Shown here: positions 14,850 to 29,459 of the stretch, piece by piece
How the letters are laid out: each line of letters opens with the position of its first letter
Numbering within the stretch: position 1 is the first letter of the stretch
From: Octopus sinensis
Lineage: Eukaryota
Length of the DNA: 64,000 nucleotides
Direction of reading: 5' to 3'
NCBI RefSeq assembly: GCF_006345805.1
Contig: NC_043017.1
Coordinates: 26,536,001-26,600,000 of the forward strand
Made by a program: the position numbers and the translations under genes
Notes under the pieces: model-generated
Databases searched by the model: none
The model's input: the letters and a program-made list of their open reading frames with translations, nothing else
Told to the model about the DNA's origin: nothing

Positions 14850-15775
14850 TATACATACACGCATGTACATATTTGCTCGTCCAAGGCGTACAAATATATA
14901 TGTGTGTATGAGAATAAATATATTTTATGCTTCTATGGTATTGTTTATTTACGTTTGTGTTGAGGAATAGCTGAGAATGCGTTCTCATGCACATGCATTT
15001 CTGGAACCTTCTTTATGCTTACGCATCGTATTTGTGATGATGAAGCAAGTTTTGGACAGATATGCAGAAAAGATGAAACACATAAAAAGAAAAACCAAAA
15101 AACAAAACAATATAAACACGTTTCTGCTCATTCATACACATAGACAAATATAAAGGAAAGCCAGAACATCGCCAATGAAGCGAAAAAAATTTGACCAAAA
15201 ACATTGGGTAAAAGACATCTGTATATTTGTCTGTACGTGTGGTGTGTTTGTGTGTACGTATATATATGTGTGTATGGTGGGGTGACTGTAAAACGTGCAT
15301 ATTCTTCCTCAGTAATCGGTTTAATTCAATATGTCTGATACTCAGAGGAAACACAAAACAAAAACCGGATGTAAACATTATGGTCTGACCTATATTTCAT
15401 GAATAGACAAGCAAGAGTTTATAAAAGATTCTTAAAACAATATAGAACCGCAGATATGTATTAATGTGTTTAAAAAAATGCACACACGCATAGACACACA
15501 TACATCTACATAGAGGTAGATTTGTACATGTATACATGTAAAAATGTATATATGAATATATAGATATACATACATATACACTTATACATACACACAGAGA
15601 TGTACATGTATTCATATATATATATTTACTCATATATACATGCATATACACTCATACATACACAGAGAGATGTATATGTATTCATATATACATATTCTCA
15701 TATATACATACATCTTCACCCTATTTTTCTGTGCATGTGCCAGAAATTGTATATATATTGCTGTATATGTATTAT

Positions 15776-15830
<55 letters not shown>

Positions 15831-16169
15831 CTACATATATATATATATATGTATATATGTGAATATATATAGATACATATATATATGTATGTGTATATAT
15901 ATATACATATATATATATGTATGTGTATATATATATATATACATATATATATATGTATGTGTATATATATATATATATAATATTAGAAAAAAACACCTTT
16001 TATCAATTGAAAATGAATAATTAAATTAGAACATCTAGAAAATTACATATAATAGAAAAGTTATAATTAAAATAACTATAAAAAGTAAGGATTAAATAAA
16101 TTACAAAAATAATAAAAAATGTATATAATTCTTTTTCCTTGTAAGTTTGGATTTTATTCCCTCAAATAA

Positions 16170-16207
<38 letters not shown>

Positions 16208-16486
16208 CATATGTGTGTGGGTGTGTGTATTCTCGTCTTTATTTCAAATCGCCTTGCTTTAGTCACGGTTCATGTCTACTTTTGATACGACTGTTCTTTT
16301 TACTTGGTTTGTCATATAATGTGGCGTGTAACATGGTAATATGCAAACGTCGAAGATTTCTCTGGCATACAGTGACAGAATTGCAATCAAAATTACTAGA
16401 AATCACGACACACGTATAGAATATATTAACAGTAAATATTCATTCTCTACAGATATGATGAACAAACACACAGACCTATATATATA

Positions 16487-16489
<3 letters not shown>

Positions 16490-16571
<82 letters not shown>

Positions 16572-16572
16572 T

Positions 16573-16622
<50 letters not shown>

Positions 16623-16830
16623 CAGAATAGATAGATAGATAGATATAAAGATAGATAGATAGATAAATAGATAGATATAGATATATAGATATACAGATAT
16701 CCATATATGTATCTGTAAATATGTACGAATACATACACAAACACAGACACACACATATACAGAGAGAGAGAGAGAGAGATGAATAGGTAGATAGATAAAG
16801 AGAAAGATAGACTGATAGATGTAGGTATAT
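16490..16830. repeat. (TA)n-(GA)n-(GATA)n compound microsatellite
   Basis: Direct inspection. Confidence 0.95.
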
Positions 16831-16928
16831 CGTATTCAATCATACTTATGTGTCGTTATCATATGACAGAGTTTAGAAATTAAAGTTTCCATGAAATCAT
16901 GCCTTGTATGCAAATGTTATCGGTTATA

Positions 16929-17228
16929 TCTTTATATATAAAAGTAAGTTTGTGTGCTGTCTGTCTCCTACGATTTAGATTCGTAACTACTCCCACATTT
17001 TGCGGTGCAGTGTAACCAAAAGCGGGTATCTTATAGTCGTGATTCATATCGAGCGCTTCTGGGTATTAGCGCGCGTCTACGATGAGTCTACGATTAAAAA
17101 AAAATTACCATAATTTTTTCCCATTTTTAATGCAATCTTTTGCTATTATATAAGGGAAGTAACTCTCTAAAAATGCTAATATAGAATTTTCCCTTACTAA
17201 CCCGAGCAACCCTGGGCGATACTACTAG
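16929..17228 (+). mobile_element. Non-autonomous Helitron
   Basis: Starts A|TC-tttatatataaaa, ends with hairpin cccgagcaaccctggg then CTAG|T; termini shared with 41590-41958. Confidence 0.8.
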
Positions 17229-17439
17229 TAATGTATATAGATATGCACTACATAGTGTAAAATTGTGTGCCTGTGTGTGTGCATCTGTATATGTGTATCT
17301 GTGTGTGTATCTATGTGCGTGTTTGTCTCCGTATGTGTATATATCGTGGATGTTCACGATTAGATTTTAAAGTGTAGTAAACAAAAAGAAGACACAATAT
17401 TCCATCCATAAATAGATGTATTTTATAAACTCAAAAATT

Positions 17440-17700
17440 ATCAACTATAATATGACAGGCGCAGATAATAATTTAGTCAACGTAACCAGCCTCAGTTGTC
17501 ACCATACCCTAAACACGGATCCGAAACCTGGCGAATGCTTTCGTCAATGTGTCCCACGGAAAGTTTTCCACCATATTCTTGACGTTGGCTACCTAGTCGG
17601 CCTTGGCATTGCAGGAAGAAAAGTTAATATCTTTATCAACAGCGTCTCATATATAGTAACCTATGGTTTTAGAATTGAACGAATTAGGTAATTGGCGCTT
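17440..17700 (-). pseudogene. Tc1/mariner-superfamily transposase C-terminal remnant
   Basis: Minus frame reads GYYI*DAVDKDINFSSCNAKAD*VANVKNMVENFPWDTLTKAFARFRIRV*GMVTTEAGYVD*, matching the DYYVW...RFRxRLEAV..A.G.Y.E C-terminus pattern. Confidence 0.6.
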
Positions 17701-17856
17701 GTGTAACCGTTGTTATTTCTTGTTGTTTGTATTCGTAATTGTGTACCACCTTCTCCGTTTTTTATCTTTGTTACCGTACACACTCGCTTAACGGGTTTTC
17801 ACGCCCAACCCAGCATGCTCCTTTTTATGGAGTACCACCTTGATATCCTCATTTAT

Positions 17857-18045
17857 ACTCTCTTTACTCTTTTACTTTTTTACTTGTTTTAGTCATTTGA
17901 CTGTGGTCATGCTGGTACACCACCTTTTGTCGATTAAATAGACCGCAGGACCTATTTTTTGTAAGCCTAGTACTTACTCTATCGGTCTCTTTTGACGAAC
18001 CGCTATGGAACGGGGACGTAAACACACCACACATACATACATACA

Positions 18046-18090
<45 letters not shown>

Positions 18091-18505
18091 AAATATTATT
18101 TGAGACAAAACCACTATTTTGCAAAACAAACAAGGAAGACTTAATCAATACATAAAATTTAATAAATAGTCAAAATTAAATTTTATGTATTGATTAAGTC
18201 TTTCCTTGTTTGTTTTGCAAAATTGGTTTTGTCTCAAATATATTTTATAATATTTTACTATAAATTGGATTTAATCCTAAATCTGATTTTTTTCCCTGTA
18301 AATTTGGATATATTCCCTAATATTTATTATTATATATATATATATATATATACGACGTGATTCTTTCAGTTTCTCTGTACCAAATCCACTCACAAAGCTT
18401 TGGTGAGCTCGAGGCTATATTAAAAGCCACTTGCCCAAGATGCCAGGCTGTGGGGTTGAACCCGGAACCATGTGGTTTGTAAGCAAGCTACTTACCACAC
18501 AGCCC
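17857..18505 (-). mobile_element. SINE family A interrupted in its internal microsatellite by a ~300 bp insert
   Basis: 3' part 17857-18030 and 5' part 18352-18505 are colinear with 2286-2685. Confidence 0.82.
18088..18249. repeat. Long inverted repeat, ~75-bp arms, 11-nt loop
   Basis: gagacaaaacca...taaaatttaat (18088-18163) is the reverse complement of 18175-18249 with a few indels. Confidence 0.9.
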
Positions 18506-18639
18506 CTCCAATTTTCAAACTTCACATTTGTTACCACTGTTCACACACCATGTTGCTATTTCATTTTGTTATCGATTATATGTATGACGCCACGTTGTCT
18601 GTCCTGTACTGTAGCTCTGTGTAAAGCCCTTAGTTACCA

Positions 18640-18907
18640 ATACAGAATTGAATTTCTTGCCGAACAACCACACAAATAATCTGTTTATAGTCATCAAAAT
18701 TTTGCGTTCACGTATGCTCACTCTGTCCATCATATCGACATCACCTCTACAGGTGCAACTGGGTGCTACATATCAGGTGACGAAATGATCGCAGAGCTAC
18801 GTGAAACGAACTGCTTTGCTCAAGAACACAAGACAATGCCCTGTCTGGGACTCGAAACTACGATCTTGCAATCGCTGGTATAACAACCTAGCTACGTGCC
18901 TTCACAC
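18640..18907 (-). mobile_element. Diverged tRNA-derived SINE, family E
   Basis: Minus strand gaaggcacgtagctaggtt...gtttcgagtccc...ttgtgttcttgagcaa: tRNA-like head plus the usual post-B-box segment. Confidence 0.55.
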
Positions 18908-19678
18908 GCTCACACACACACATATGTATATACAATAACTGGGAGGTAGGTAGATATACACACGCACAAACATTAATATATTTAGCAGACGCCAGGAAAG
19001 CAATGTCCCTGCATATCAATAGTAAATTACTGGAAACGCGTTTCACAATATAACTAACTCAAATAATATAATAAATAAAGTTTTATGTTGAAAGGATATA
19101 TATATTTGCTTTAGTTTGACATAGTCAGAGTTGTTAGCGTGTACACAACTAATTATATAGATAGAATGTGTCGATAATTGACTTAAAAACAGACAGACAA
19201 CATTGATTATATGAGAATGCAGTCAATAGAATTTAATTCTATTGAGATAAATTTTAAACATAATCATGTAAGGTACAGACAATTGAATGAAAACCTGCCA
19301 TTATTTGCAAACGAATTCCTGAAACAGAATTCTGTATTTAAAAGACAGATTCTCCTCTAAATAAAAGTGAGATGAAATGAATGTTGTGTATCAGACGGAA
19401 CACCAAGCAACAATGATGTAATCAAACATTAAACCAGTGGATTACGTGACAAAACAGGAACGTTCTTCGTAAATATATGTGTAACAGGAAATATCACACT
19501 TCAATAATAAAAAACGGAAACCAAAGAAAAATATAATGATCTACAGTAAAGCGACTGTCTTATATAGGTGCGTTCTACTAGCGTTACTAGGTGACGATAT
19601 CAACACATGAAAACATAATACGTATACGCTTCACACATCTTGTATATATGTATTCGCGATTTATATGCAACTACATTA

Positions 19679-19709
<31 letters not shown>

Positions 19710-20064
19710 AACACACACACACACACAAACATACATACATATATATATGTTTACATGAGTTAGAATTTAGGCAACCAACTGAGGGATAATAAATATCCAT
19801 TATACGACTGGAGGGATACCTATTTATATCCAAATGTATGATCGAATGATAGGTACAAATGGAGGTAAACGAGAGTTTATACAGAATTTTTAAGGTAAAG
19901 TAGAACATGGAAAAGAGATTCAATCGATGAATATCAGCAAAATCTATTTATTACAAACATAGGAATAAATCTATAAATAAGTAAAATACAACTCCAGTAT
20001 TACAGCTGTTTCCACTTTGGGGGCCCCGTGTGCTAAAGATGACATATCATGCAAAAACTCCTTG

Positions 20065-20111
<47 letters not shown>

Positions 20112-20246
20112 ATATATATTATATATATATATATATATAATATAGAAATATTAAAATTACTAAGTCTCTATAAGTCTTATATATATAAGAATGCCATATT
20201 AATATGGCGATAACAATTAATTATATATATATATATATATATATAT

Positions 20247-20350
20247 GGTAAGACAACAAAAGAAAGAGACCTCGATATTATGTAAATAGAGGATTTTATC
20301 TGTTAATATAATGTGACAATTATTCGGTAGCCATGATAAAACTCCGCGTT
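20247..20350 (-). repeat. 3' flank fragment of HHR cassette family 3
   Basis: Matches 58595-58710 (ataaaactc...ctatttacataatatcgaggtctctttc); embedded in (TA)n. Confidence 0.75.
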
Positions 20351-20516
20351 GTAAATGCGTATATATATATATATTGTAGCCGTTCCTCAATTGTTGTTGA
20401 ATTTATTCATAGTCTCTGACTATTTCCTCTTTCTCACTAGACCGCTGGTGGCAAAATAATTTCTAGCGAATTTTTTACTACCCTAAATTGATTAATATAT
20501 ATATATATACATTTTG

Positions 20517-20613
<97 letters not shown>

Positions 20614-20859
20614 CAATTATAAATAAGGACAAAAGAAAAAACTTAAGGCCATAATGCTGATAAATAGAGTTTAAATCGTTGAACACCACATACAATATAC
20701 ATCACTATTTAATTTTAATATAATGGCCACTTGGTGAAATGTTTTGAAAAATTTTATCCTATATTAGAAATACATATATATACACACACACACATAGATA
20801 TGCACGCAACACATATATACATACACACATACACACACACATATATCCTAGGCGGAGCT

Positions 20860-21165
20860 TACACTCGAATGTAATGAACAGACTCAAATTACTTTTGCGA
20901 CATCATACCACCAGAAGGTACTTAAATGGAGATTTCCTGTCTGTTTACATCATAAGGGAAAGGCAGCCGTGGTTTGCGTAACGTCTCAGGCGAGCTAAGC
21001 AAGAGCTAGCAAGTGACCTACTGTTATGGAATGCAAAGTGTGATCATACTCGAGAAAGTCCGTCCGTACAAACCGTATATAGATCAACTTATCAGAGACA
21101 CAGAGTTGGTTGGTTTGCATGGCGTAAAAATGACCGAGCGAGCTCGACGAGATGATAGCTAAATA
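20860..21165 (+). pseudogene. RTE-clade LINE ORF C-terminal remnant
   Basis: Frameshifted translation IIRERQPWFA..RRAKQELASDLLLW...RPYKPYIDQLIRDT resembles the RTE C-terminus (RERRLRFAGH...GRP..TYID). Confidence 0.7.
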
Positions 21166-21367
21166 TTCACTTTTCCTCCTTTGTATTTACGTAATTTGCA
21201 ATGATTTGTTATCCCGCCACATCGAAATATTCAAAATACTGAGTTTGCACATCAATACATTCAAAATATTGAATTTCCTCCAGTATCTTTCTAGATGTAG
21301 CATGTTTTGCTGCTAAACTTTGATCACTTACATGAACAGTCAGTATGCTTTCAAACTCCTTGCACTA

Positions 21368-21830
21368 ACTCTCTCTCTCTCTATCCGCTCAGTCGAAGTC
21401 GACTCTCGGTCATTCGTTGGATCAGTGTCCTCTAGTCAGTTCTATCCTGCGCCGCTTCTTTCAGATTGGCTATGTCTATTCCGGTATCACTCCTGATGGT
21501 GTCAAGCCAGCGGGTTCTTGGTCGGCCTATTCCTCTCTTACCACTGACCATTCCGAGTATGATGTCCTTCTCCAGGGATTTTCTACGCATAATATGACCA
21601 AAATATGCTAATCTATGCTTGGTGATCCTAGCTTCTACCGACATTTTCGGCCATATCTGCTTAAGAACTTCTCCATTGGTGAGCCTCGCTGTCCATGGAA
21701 TCCGTAAAAGTCTTCTCCAACACCGAAGCTCGATACAAAAATGTTGATTTCGTGGATTATTATCGTATATTCGTGTAGATTTTAGCCATATCGCATGAGG
21801 TTTTAGGTTTGAACATGCAAACATTAACTG
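21368..21830 (-). pseudogene. RTE/BovB-like LINE 3' end with (GA)n tail
   Basis: ORF 21432-21824: WRRLLRIPWTAR..N..VL...RLAYFGHIMRRKSLEKDIILGMVSGKRGIGRPRTRWLD. Confidence 0.9.
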
Positions 21831-21901
21831 TCAAAGATTTGTATGGAAAGTAAATTCATGTACAAACTTGGTACTTGTCCACATCTATGGTACTTGTGTA
21901 C

Positions 21902-22290
21902 GGTGGAGGCGCAATGGCTCAGTGGTTAGGGCAGCGGACTCGCGGTCATAGCATCGCGGTTTCGATTCCCAGACCGGGCGTTGTGAGTGTTTATTGAGCG
22001 AAAACACCTAAAGCTCCACGAGGCTCCGGCAGGGGATGGTGGTGAACCCTGCTGTACTCTTTCACCACAACTTTCTCTCACTTTTACTTCCTGTTTCTGT
22101 TGTACCTGTATTTCAAAGGGCCGGCCTTGTCACTCTCTGTGTCACGCTGAATATCCCCGAGAACTACGTTAAGGGTACACGTGTCTGTGGAGTGCTCAGC
22201 CAACTTACACGTTAATTTCACGAGCAGGCTGTTCCGTTGATTCGGATCAACCGGAACGCTCGTCGTCGCAACCGACGGAGTGCTTCCACC
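21902..22290 (+). mobile_element. tRNA-derived SINE, family B, full length with 10-bp TSD
   Basis: A-box tggctcagtgg, B-box gtttcgattcc; acttgtgtac at 21892-21901 and 22291-22300. Confidence 0.9.
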
Positions 22291-23874
22291 ACTTGTGTAC
22301 ACATTCGTTGTACACAAAACCAGGCAAGTGTAACCTATTCCACCCATTCAATGCGCACCCCATTCGGATGCCGGACCATAATGAGATTCGTTATTCTAGA
22401 TCAGTGGTACTACACCATGATCTACTGATCACGATTTCCACGAACGAAGAATCAGCAGACTCATCCATGTTACCTAATCACCGAATTTAAGATCGTCAGG
22501 ATATTAAATGATATATGGATGTATTATGACTTGAAGCTCTGCAGGGAATTTTGTATCTTTCATATTGGATTTCCTACTTCAGCTATAACCTGTACAAAGT
22601 TAATAGCAAATTTATGCCCGACATAGCATCAAATACTAACCGTAAATATATAGTCGCCATATTTCTTTTTCAATATTTACTTCATAAAAAAACCAGGCGG
22701 TGATATATTACATTTAATAGCATCATTGAATAGAAACGCTTGTTTGTGAGTGGAGCTTGAAAGTATAAGGATAATAATGTCTCTATTCGTTAGTCGAACT
22801 TAACGCGAGAATGACATAAATCTCACATGTGTTTTACAGGACCTGGTAGTATATAGCAAGACATAATTTACTGAGTCTGCGTTTTGTGAGGCTGGATTAA
22901 TTTGTGCGCTATTAGTGTCATTTGATTGAATGTGGATCAATGGCGCAGGCCTGAAAATATGAAGGATGTATGCCATATTGAAATCGATATTATTTACACT
23001 GAACACCAACAAAATCGACTTACATCATGACTGCTTAGACATATTCACAAACACACGTGTAATTCAATCACATGTACACGCGACCAAACACAAACCTATA
23101 TAACCAAATGCAAATAAGAGTGTTTGTATTTGTGTATACGTGTGTGTAAAAACAGTTCGAATTTCCCCATACGTATATGAATATCAATGAAAAGATAAAG
23201 GAAACGTGAATGCAGTGTGTACTGAGAGCTGTGTATTCGGGAATATATTTCAATATCTACGGCATACGAGTAATCCCCATATGTATAGAAATATATACAG
23301 TATGAAGCTATATTAGATGCACTGTAAGAAAAAAAAAAGAGATAACAAAATATTAAGAAGGCAAAATATATCTATAACTGGTTAACCAACCTTCCATCCA
23401 GCCATCCTTTCATCCAGCCATCCATACATACATAAAACATATATACGCACGTACATACACACATGCATAGAGACAGACTGAAACATATGCATGTATGGCT
23501 CCAAAAGATGAAAGTTATACTTCAATGAGACAGAACAGAAAAGCACTACACAGCTATCGATATGTTTCTCGTTTATTTTGGACCAACAATTCTCTTTCTC
23601 TTTCGATTAGACATATTTTTGCACATGCAACTGTGTTCAAACACTCTAGTCCTACAAATGGAAGGCTCGGTGTATATTTACATATGCACGTGTATCTAGG
23701 CGTCGTAATATAGGGATCAATACATGTATGCCTGTTTATTTGCATAGCATACGTACAAACATATTTAGTGCAAGCGTACATACGTACGCAATCGCGCGTG
23801 TATATATAGATAAACGTGTATACACACATACATGTGTATAATACATACATATTTATATATATATCGATAGATAG

Positions 23875-23902
<28 letters not shown>

Positions 23903-23906
<4 letters not shown>

Positions 23907-24037
23907 GGCTAAAAATTTATATATATATGAAGTTATACCCAAACACATACACACACAAACACACACACGCATATATATATATAATATATGGCTAAAAATT
24001 TATATATATATGAAGTTATACCCAAACACATACACAC

Positions 24038-24045
<8 letters not shown>
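23903..24045. repeat. Tandem duplication of a ~50-bp unit (tggctaaaaatttatatatatatgaagttatacccaaacacatacac) within microsatellite
   Basis: Two near-identical copies ~82 bp apart. Confidence 0.9.
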
Positions 24046-24134
<89 letters not shown>

Positions 24135-24277
24135 AAACATGTATATATAACGTAGGGGAGAAAGAAAGGGAAAGTGGGTCAAAGAAAGTGAGAATGAAAG
24201 AGGCAAATACGTAGTAGAAAACTAAATATATAGTTAGATATATGTGTTTTGCATTCATTATATATAAATATGTTCGG

Positions 24278-24309
<32 letters not shown>

Positions 24310-25084
24310 TCTGTGTGTGAATGTCTGTTTGTGTGTATCCTTATATTATATATGTATATACATATACATATGTGTGTATGAATGTGTTTGTGTGTATGTA
24401 TTTAAATATAAATTTATATACATAAAAAGATGCATATATATATATATATATATAGTGATATCCATATAGATACACTTGCACAATACGCAAGCATAAATCT
24501 ATGTATACGCCATTTTTCAAACTACCTCCCTTAGCATTCGTTTAGAAAGAAGAAGAGAAATAAGAAGAGAGATAACACAAACGAATATTATATGTGAGCA
24601 GTTGCGTGAGGAAGAAAGGATGATTTTTATTGTTAGGACTTATAAATTCATAAAACAGAGAGATATAAATCTACGTGGAGTTTATATCTTTATAAAGTTC
24701 AACGGCAAGGGAATAGCTGCTTGAAAAGGCATATACAATCATTGAGAGTCGCTGTTCAAATTTATTGAAATGTAACTATCTATGCATATAGACATACACA
24801 CACGCACAGGTATGGTACCATAAACATAGGTGTTTGTGTGCATATATGCAAAACAAGTATGTGTGTAAGTATGCTGAAATGTATATGTTAGTATGTATTT
24901 ATGTTGAATTGATATATTTTGAAACGACGCATATGATAAAATTTACGTTTGACAAAAAAATGTTTTAAAAATTAAATGTATGAGCTTTCTATTGTGTACT
25001 GCATATATTTCACCTAAAATTTTCTATCGAACCATATATACATTCGTATGTGCATGCATAAATTCTACACACACACATACACAA

Positions 25085-25152
<68 letters not shown>

Positions 25153-26289
25153 TATACGTGGGTTTTTGTGTATATGTGTATTTACTATATATGCTCTATA
25201 GTAAATTTATATGTGTACATATGCTATGTAAATATACATATAAATTACAGAGAGAAAGAGATAGAAAAATACAGGAAGAGACAAAGAGAGAGTGAATGAA
25301 AGAGAGAGAGAATAAGTGATGCATAAGGAGATAGATTTGCATGCAAAGTGTATTTACATATGTGTGAGAATATGTTTACATACATATATATACATATCTA
25401 TTATCAGCGTACTTGTTTTTCATATCGAAAAGATACGAACATATCTCACAATATCTTTAACACATCACAGCCTAGAATAACTATATTATTACACCCTTGG
25501 TGAAATGACTGCATGTGATATTCCGTGCATAATCTAAATCATTCTTTTACTGCCACCATCAATAAGCATGTATCATGTCCTAAATAAATAATTTTACTGG
25601 GACTAATACAAGCGATACAAACTGATTTCCTGCTAGTGACAGTAACGCTTGTTTGATAGCAACACTAGATTCATACTTTGAAATTTCGTGAATAGAGTTA
25701 CAAGAAAATCCTCTGCCTTCTCAGTGTTTGCTTTGTATATTAACTAGTACATTGAATGATCTTGTTTCACTGATGCGCACTGCGAAGGAGGGGCTACATC
25801 AAAACTGACCCGGCATAACTCGACAACATCACGCATTTACAATATTTACACGCGGTATAACACAACATCACATATTCACACTAATTCCCTTGGAGCTAAA
25901 TTTCTACCAATGTAGCTTGAATGACAACAGTTGCTGCATTACTAAACTTAAGAGTATTACCGACCGTCGCGTCACACCAGCAAAGTTTCTCCATACTAGA
26001 AATAACAAGTGAATGCTCTCGTAGAATGCGCTGTGTTTTTGAAAGACACACGGACACATGGACACACACATGCGAACACATACAAACACAAACAGACGCT
26101 TTAGAAAATGTACAGTTACATATAATAAAAACGTGGCAGTTAGATATTATATTATCAGTCAGATATTAGATATAATGAACATGAAGCAGTGAGATATTAA
26201 AGGGATGATTGAGGGTCTGTGTATCAACACAGTAACATCAGTATTCTGTTATTCTTTAAAGCGTTTTGGTACTAAAGCTGTTGTCATGA

Positions 26290-26890
26290 TAGTGCACCGC
26301 GAGTATTATTACCCTCTCAATGGCCATCCTTATGCGATTGGATTTTAGGTGGAAGGAACTCGATATGACAACCCTCTTTTGAGTTTCTTGCTGTAATACA
26401 AGTTCGTCTTGGACCCTGGACAGCATAAGCTCAACTCGTTTCATAAAAATATTTTTCCACCATTCCATCGATAGGTATTGTATATTTTTGTCAAGTTATT
26501 AAATAGCCGTAGGTTTTTGAATCTTGACCTATACCAGATGTTATTCACTGTAGACAGGATGGTTGGGATCTTTCACACTGTGCAGTGACGGCCCATTCGG
26601 TGGTTTGTATAGCTCTCGATGCCAAAGCTCGTTGCCGATCTTGCCAGGAATTGCCATACATATATCACATCATATCTCTCCTATCTTCCCTCAAGGTAGC
26701 AGAATCGCAGTTCTTTCAGCTTCCAGAAAAATCACTGTGGGGTGACCACGAAGGTGCACAGTACTCCAGATGCGGGTGCAGAAATATCATCCATCGAACA
26801 AGTGTCCTCATCCTTTGTTCTGATTATTCCGAAATCCATCCGGCCATTCCCCAGCACATTGACATCATCTTGATATAATACGTGTAAAAC
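26290..26890 (-). pseudogene. CR1/L2-group LINE ORF2 C-terminal remnant
   Basis: Minus strand with frameshifts: GWI..IIRTKD...HLEYCAPSWSPH...LKEL..LE.R.ERYDVIYVW...GIESYTNHRMGRHC...LFN.L. Confidence 0.7.
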
Positions 26891-29275
26891 AAAGCATTGG
26901 CGTTCATATCATCTTGCACATAAGGTAGCGTACTTGACCCCTTTAGAACTGATGCTCCTTTTGGTCCGAATTATCTTTGTGGTCGCATGTTAGCACAATC
27001 ATAGCCGATAGCGTAGGGCTTGGAATTTCTGCAAATCAATTAGATACTGGAGCAGTTAATACTATCACGTATAGTTCTACACCGTGTGTTTTATTCTTGC
27101 TTGGTCTCTCTGAAGTGCTCTGCTCCATGCATATATTTTCACTTCATTCCATATACTTCGATGTAGGTAATCAGATGAATAAGTTATTAATCTAATATCA
27201 GTTAAAATGTTCATTGTATTTAACTCACATTACATTCCCAACTGACGCAGTTTCAAATATTTGCCAATTTCATCTTCAACACTTTCAGAACCGATGCGAA
27301 AGGAGTGCCTCTATTTTACGATCACCAAATACACTGCTGTCGTTCTAAACAACAATATCTCGCTCATCTTTTGTAACTCCAAGAATCGAAATTCATTACA
27401 TTAACATACATTTTCCAGAAATAAGAAATACATGTGAGCTTTATTAGAATATTTGCATCTAGCCGCAAGTAATTGCTACTTTCAAAGCAACAACTAATAT
27501 CAAAGGTTTCAATTTTGTCTTGTATTAAAAGTTGCATATGAAATGATACTATCAATATCCAGAAACGTAATTTCGTTATATATTCCCCCTATAAGATGCC
27601 ACCGTGCGTGTAGTTTTAAGTGTCATTAGCATTGCTCTGAATATGACTAACAGACGAATCCCTAACTACATTCACAGTCACTAAGCATAATATTAACATT
27701 TTACTGTCACTTGACTTCCTGATCAAGAAAATTACAGATAATGAATTCATAATTTCTTCAGAAGTAAAAATCCAAAGAATATGTCACCATCTTTACCTAA
27801 AGGGTGTGGACGAGCAGATATTTTTTCAAATATATTCTGGTGAGAAATTTCAGCAAATCTAAGGGCGGGAGCTGTATTTTTTTGAGTGAATTAAAATATA
27901 ATGAAGGTATATAATAAATATGAGAAGAAAAAAAATGATGCATATTCTGTAGTAGTTTCATTAATTGATGTTATTATATTTCACACATTCAGGTACAGTT
28001 TCTGCGATGTCTCTTCTCCACACAAAATGTATATGAATCTGTAGCATGGTCATAAAGCCACAGAGCGACGGAAGGAGAATAATATAACCCAGAGGTTCTT
28101 AGATCGAAACTACGCCCAGTTAAGCTAATGAGATACTTGAGTTAATGGCGCCGTGATCGACTTTGCCTTGCCATATTTCGGGGTCGATAAATTAAATACC
28201 GGTGGTAAAGGATTTTGTTGTAACTCTATTCACGGAATTTCAAAGTATGAATCTAGTGTTACTATCAAACAAATGTTACTGTCACTAGCAGGAAATCAGT
28301 TTGTATCACCCAAAATTTCAGGCCTTGCGCTTATAGTAGAAAGAAAGGAGAATATTTTATTAATTCGAACTGTGTTCGAAATTTTTCTTTATATTTTATT
28401 GAGGTTTAATAAACCCAAATTGATGAAATTTAAATTAAGATAGATGCTCTTCGAGATTTGAGCTGAGAAAGGAAAAGCTCATAAGTAATTGTCATCAGCA
28501 TTTTCACCCGTTGTTCTAACATCCACTACAAATCCAAATAATACCTCCATTCTTAATAGCATTTCATTCAAATAAATCATTGTACAAGGCGCTAACAGTA
28601 ATTGCATAACACTAAATATTACGAAAGCTGTGTTTTCTCATAGGATTACCCTCACTTTTAAATTATTATTACAACAACACATTGGAAATTATTTTCAATT
28701 CCACAACTGCTAACTAGCGCTTTACGAGTTGCATTAATTTTGAAAATTGTTTAAAACGAAAATTACAAGTAAATAACCATGTAACGAATAATAATCAGCA
28801 ATCACAACTAAGTCCCACTTAACACCAACCAGCAATTACAAACCAAGTAATGTTGGAAAGCGTTGATTGCTCTTATAAACGTGTGAAACGTAATGCTAGA
28901 AATAGCAATGCTAGATTCTAGGGAATCACAGATCCACCTGGAAATAAGAAGACTAATCTTTTTTCGGTGTGATTGGTAAATTCAAGTTTACTTTTAAAAC
29001 AGCCAATAAGTTAGACGTTTATGTGCATTTACTAGAAATGTCCTTCTCTATCTCCACACAAGCGGGGACACACGCACATAAACACACATTCAAATATATA
29101 TGTGTATGCATATGATATATATATATGTATAAATATAAATTAATAATTTTAACTTTTTAACTTTAAATTTAAATAAGTTCAATTTTATATTTTATATATT
29201 TATTATATTAATTATTTTTATTTCTATGATTTAGTTCATGTTATTCACTGTTTGATTTGCCTAATTTATATTATA

Positions 29276-29372
<97 letters not shown>

Positions 29373-29459
29373 GGAAATATACCCGTTCACAAATACGCAT
29401 ATATGGATGCATCCAAATAGATACATACATACATACCTAAATATGCATATATGTATTCA

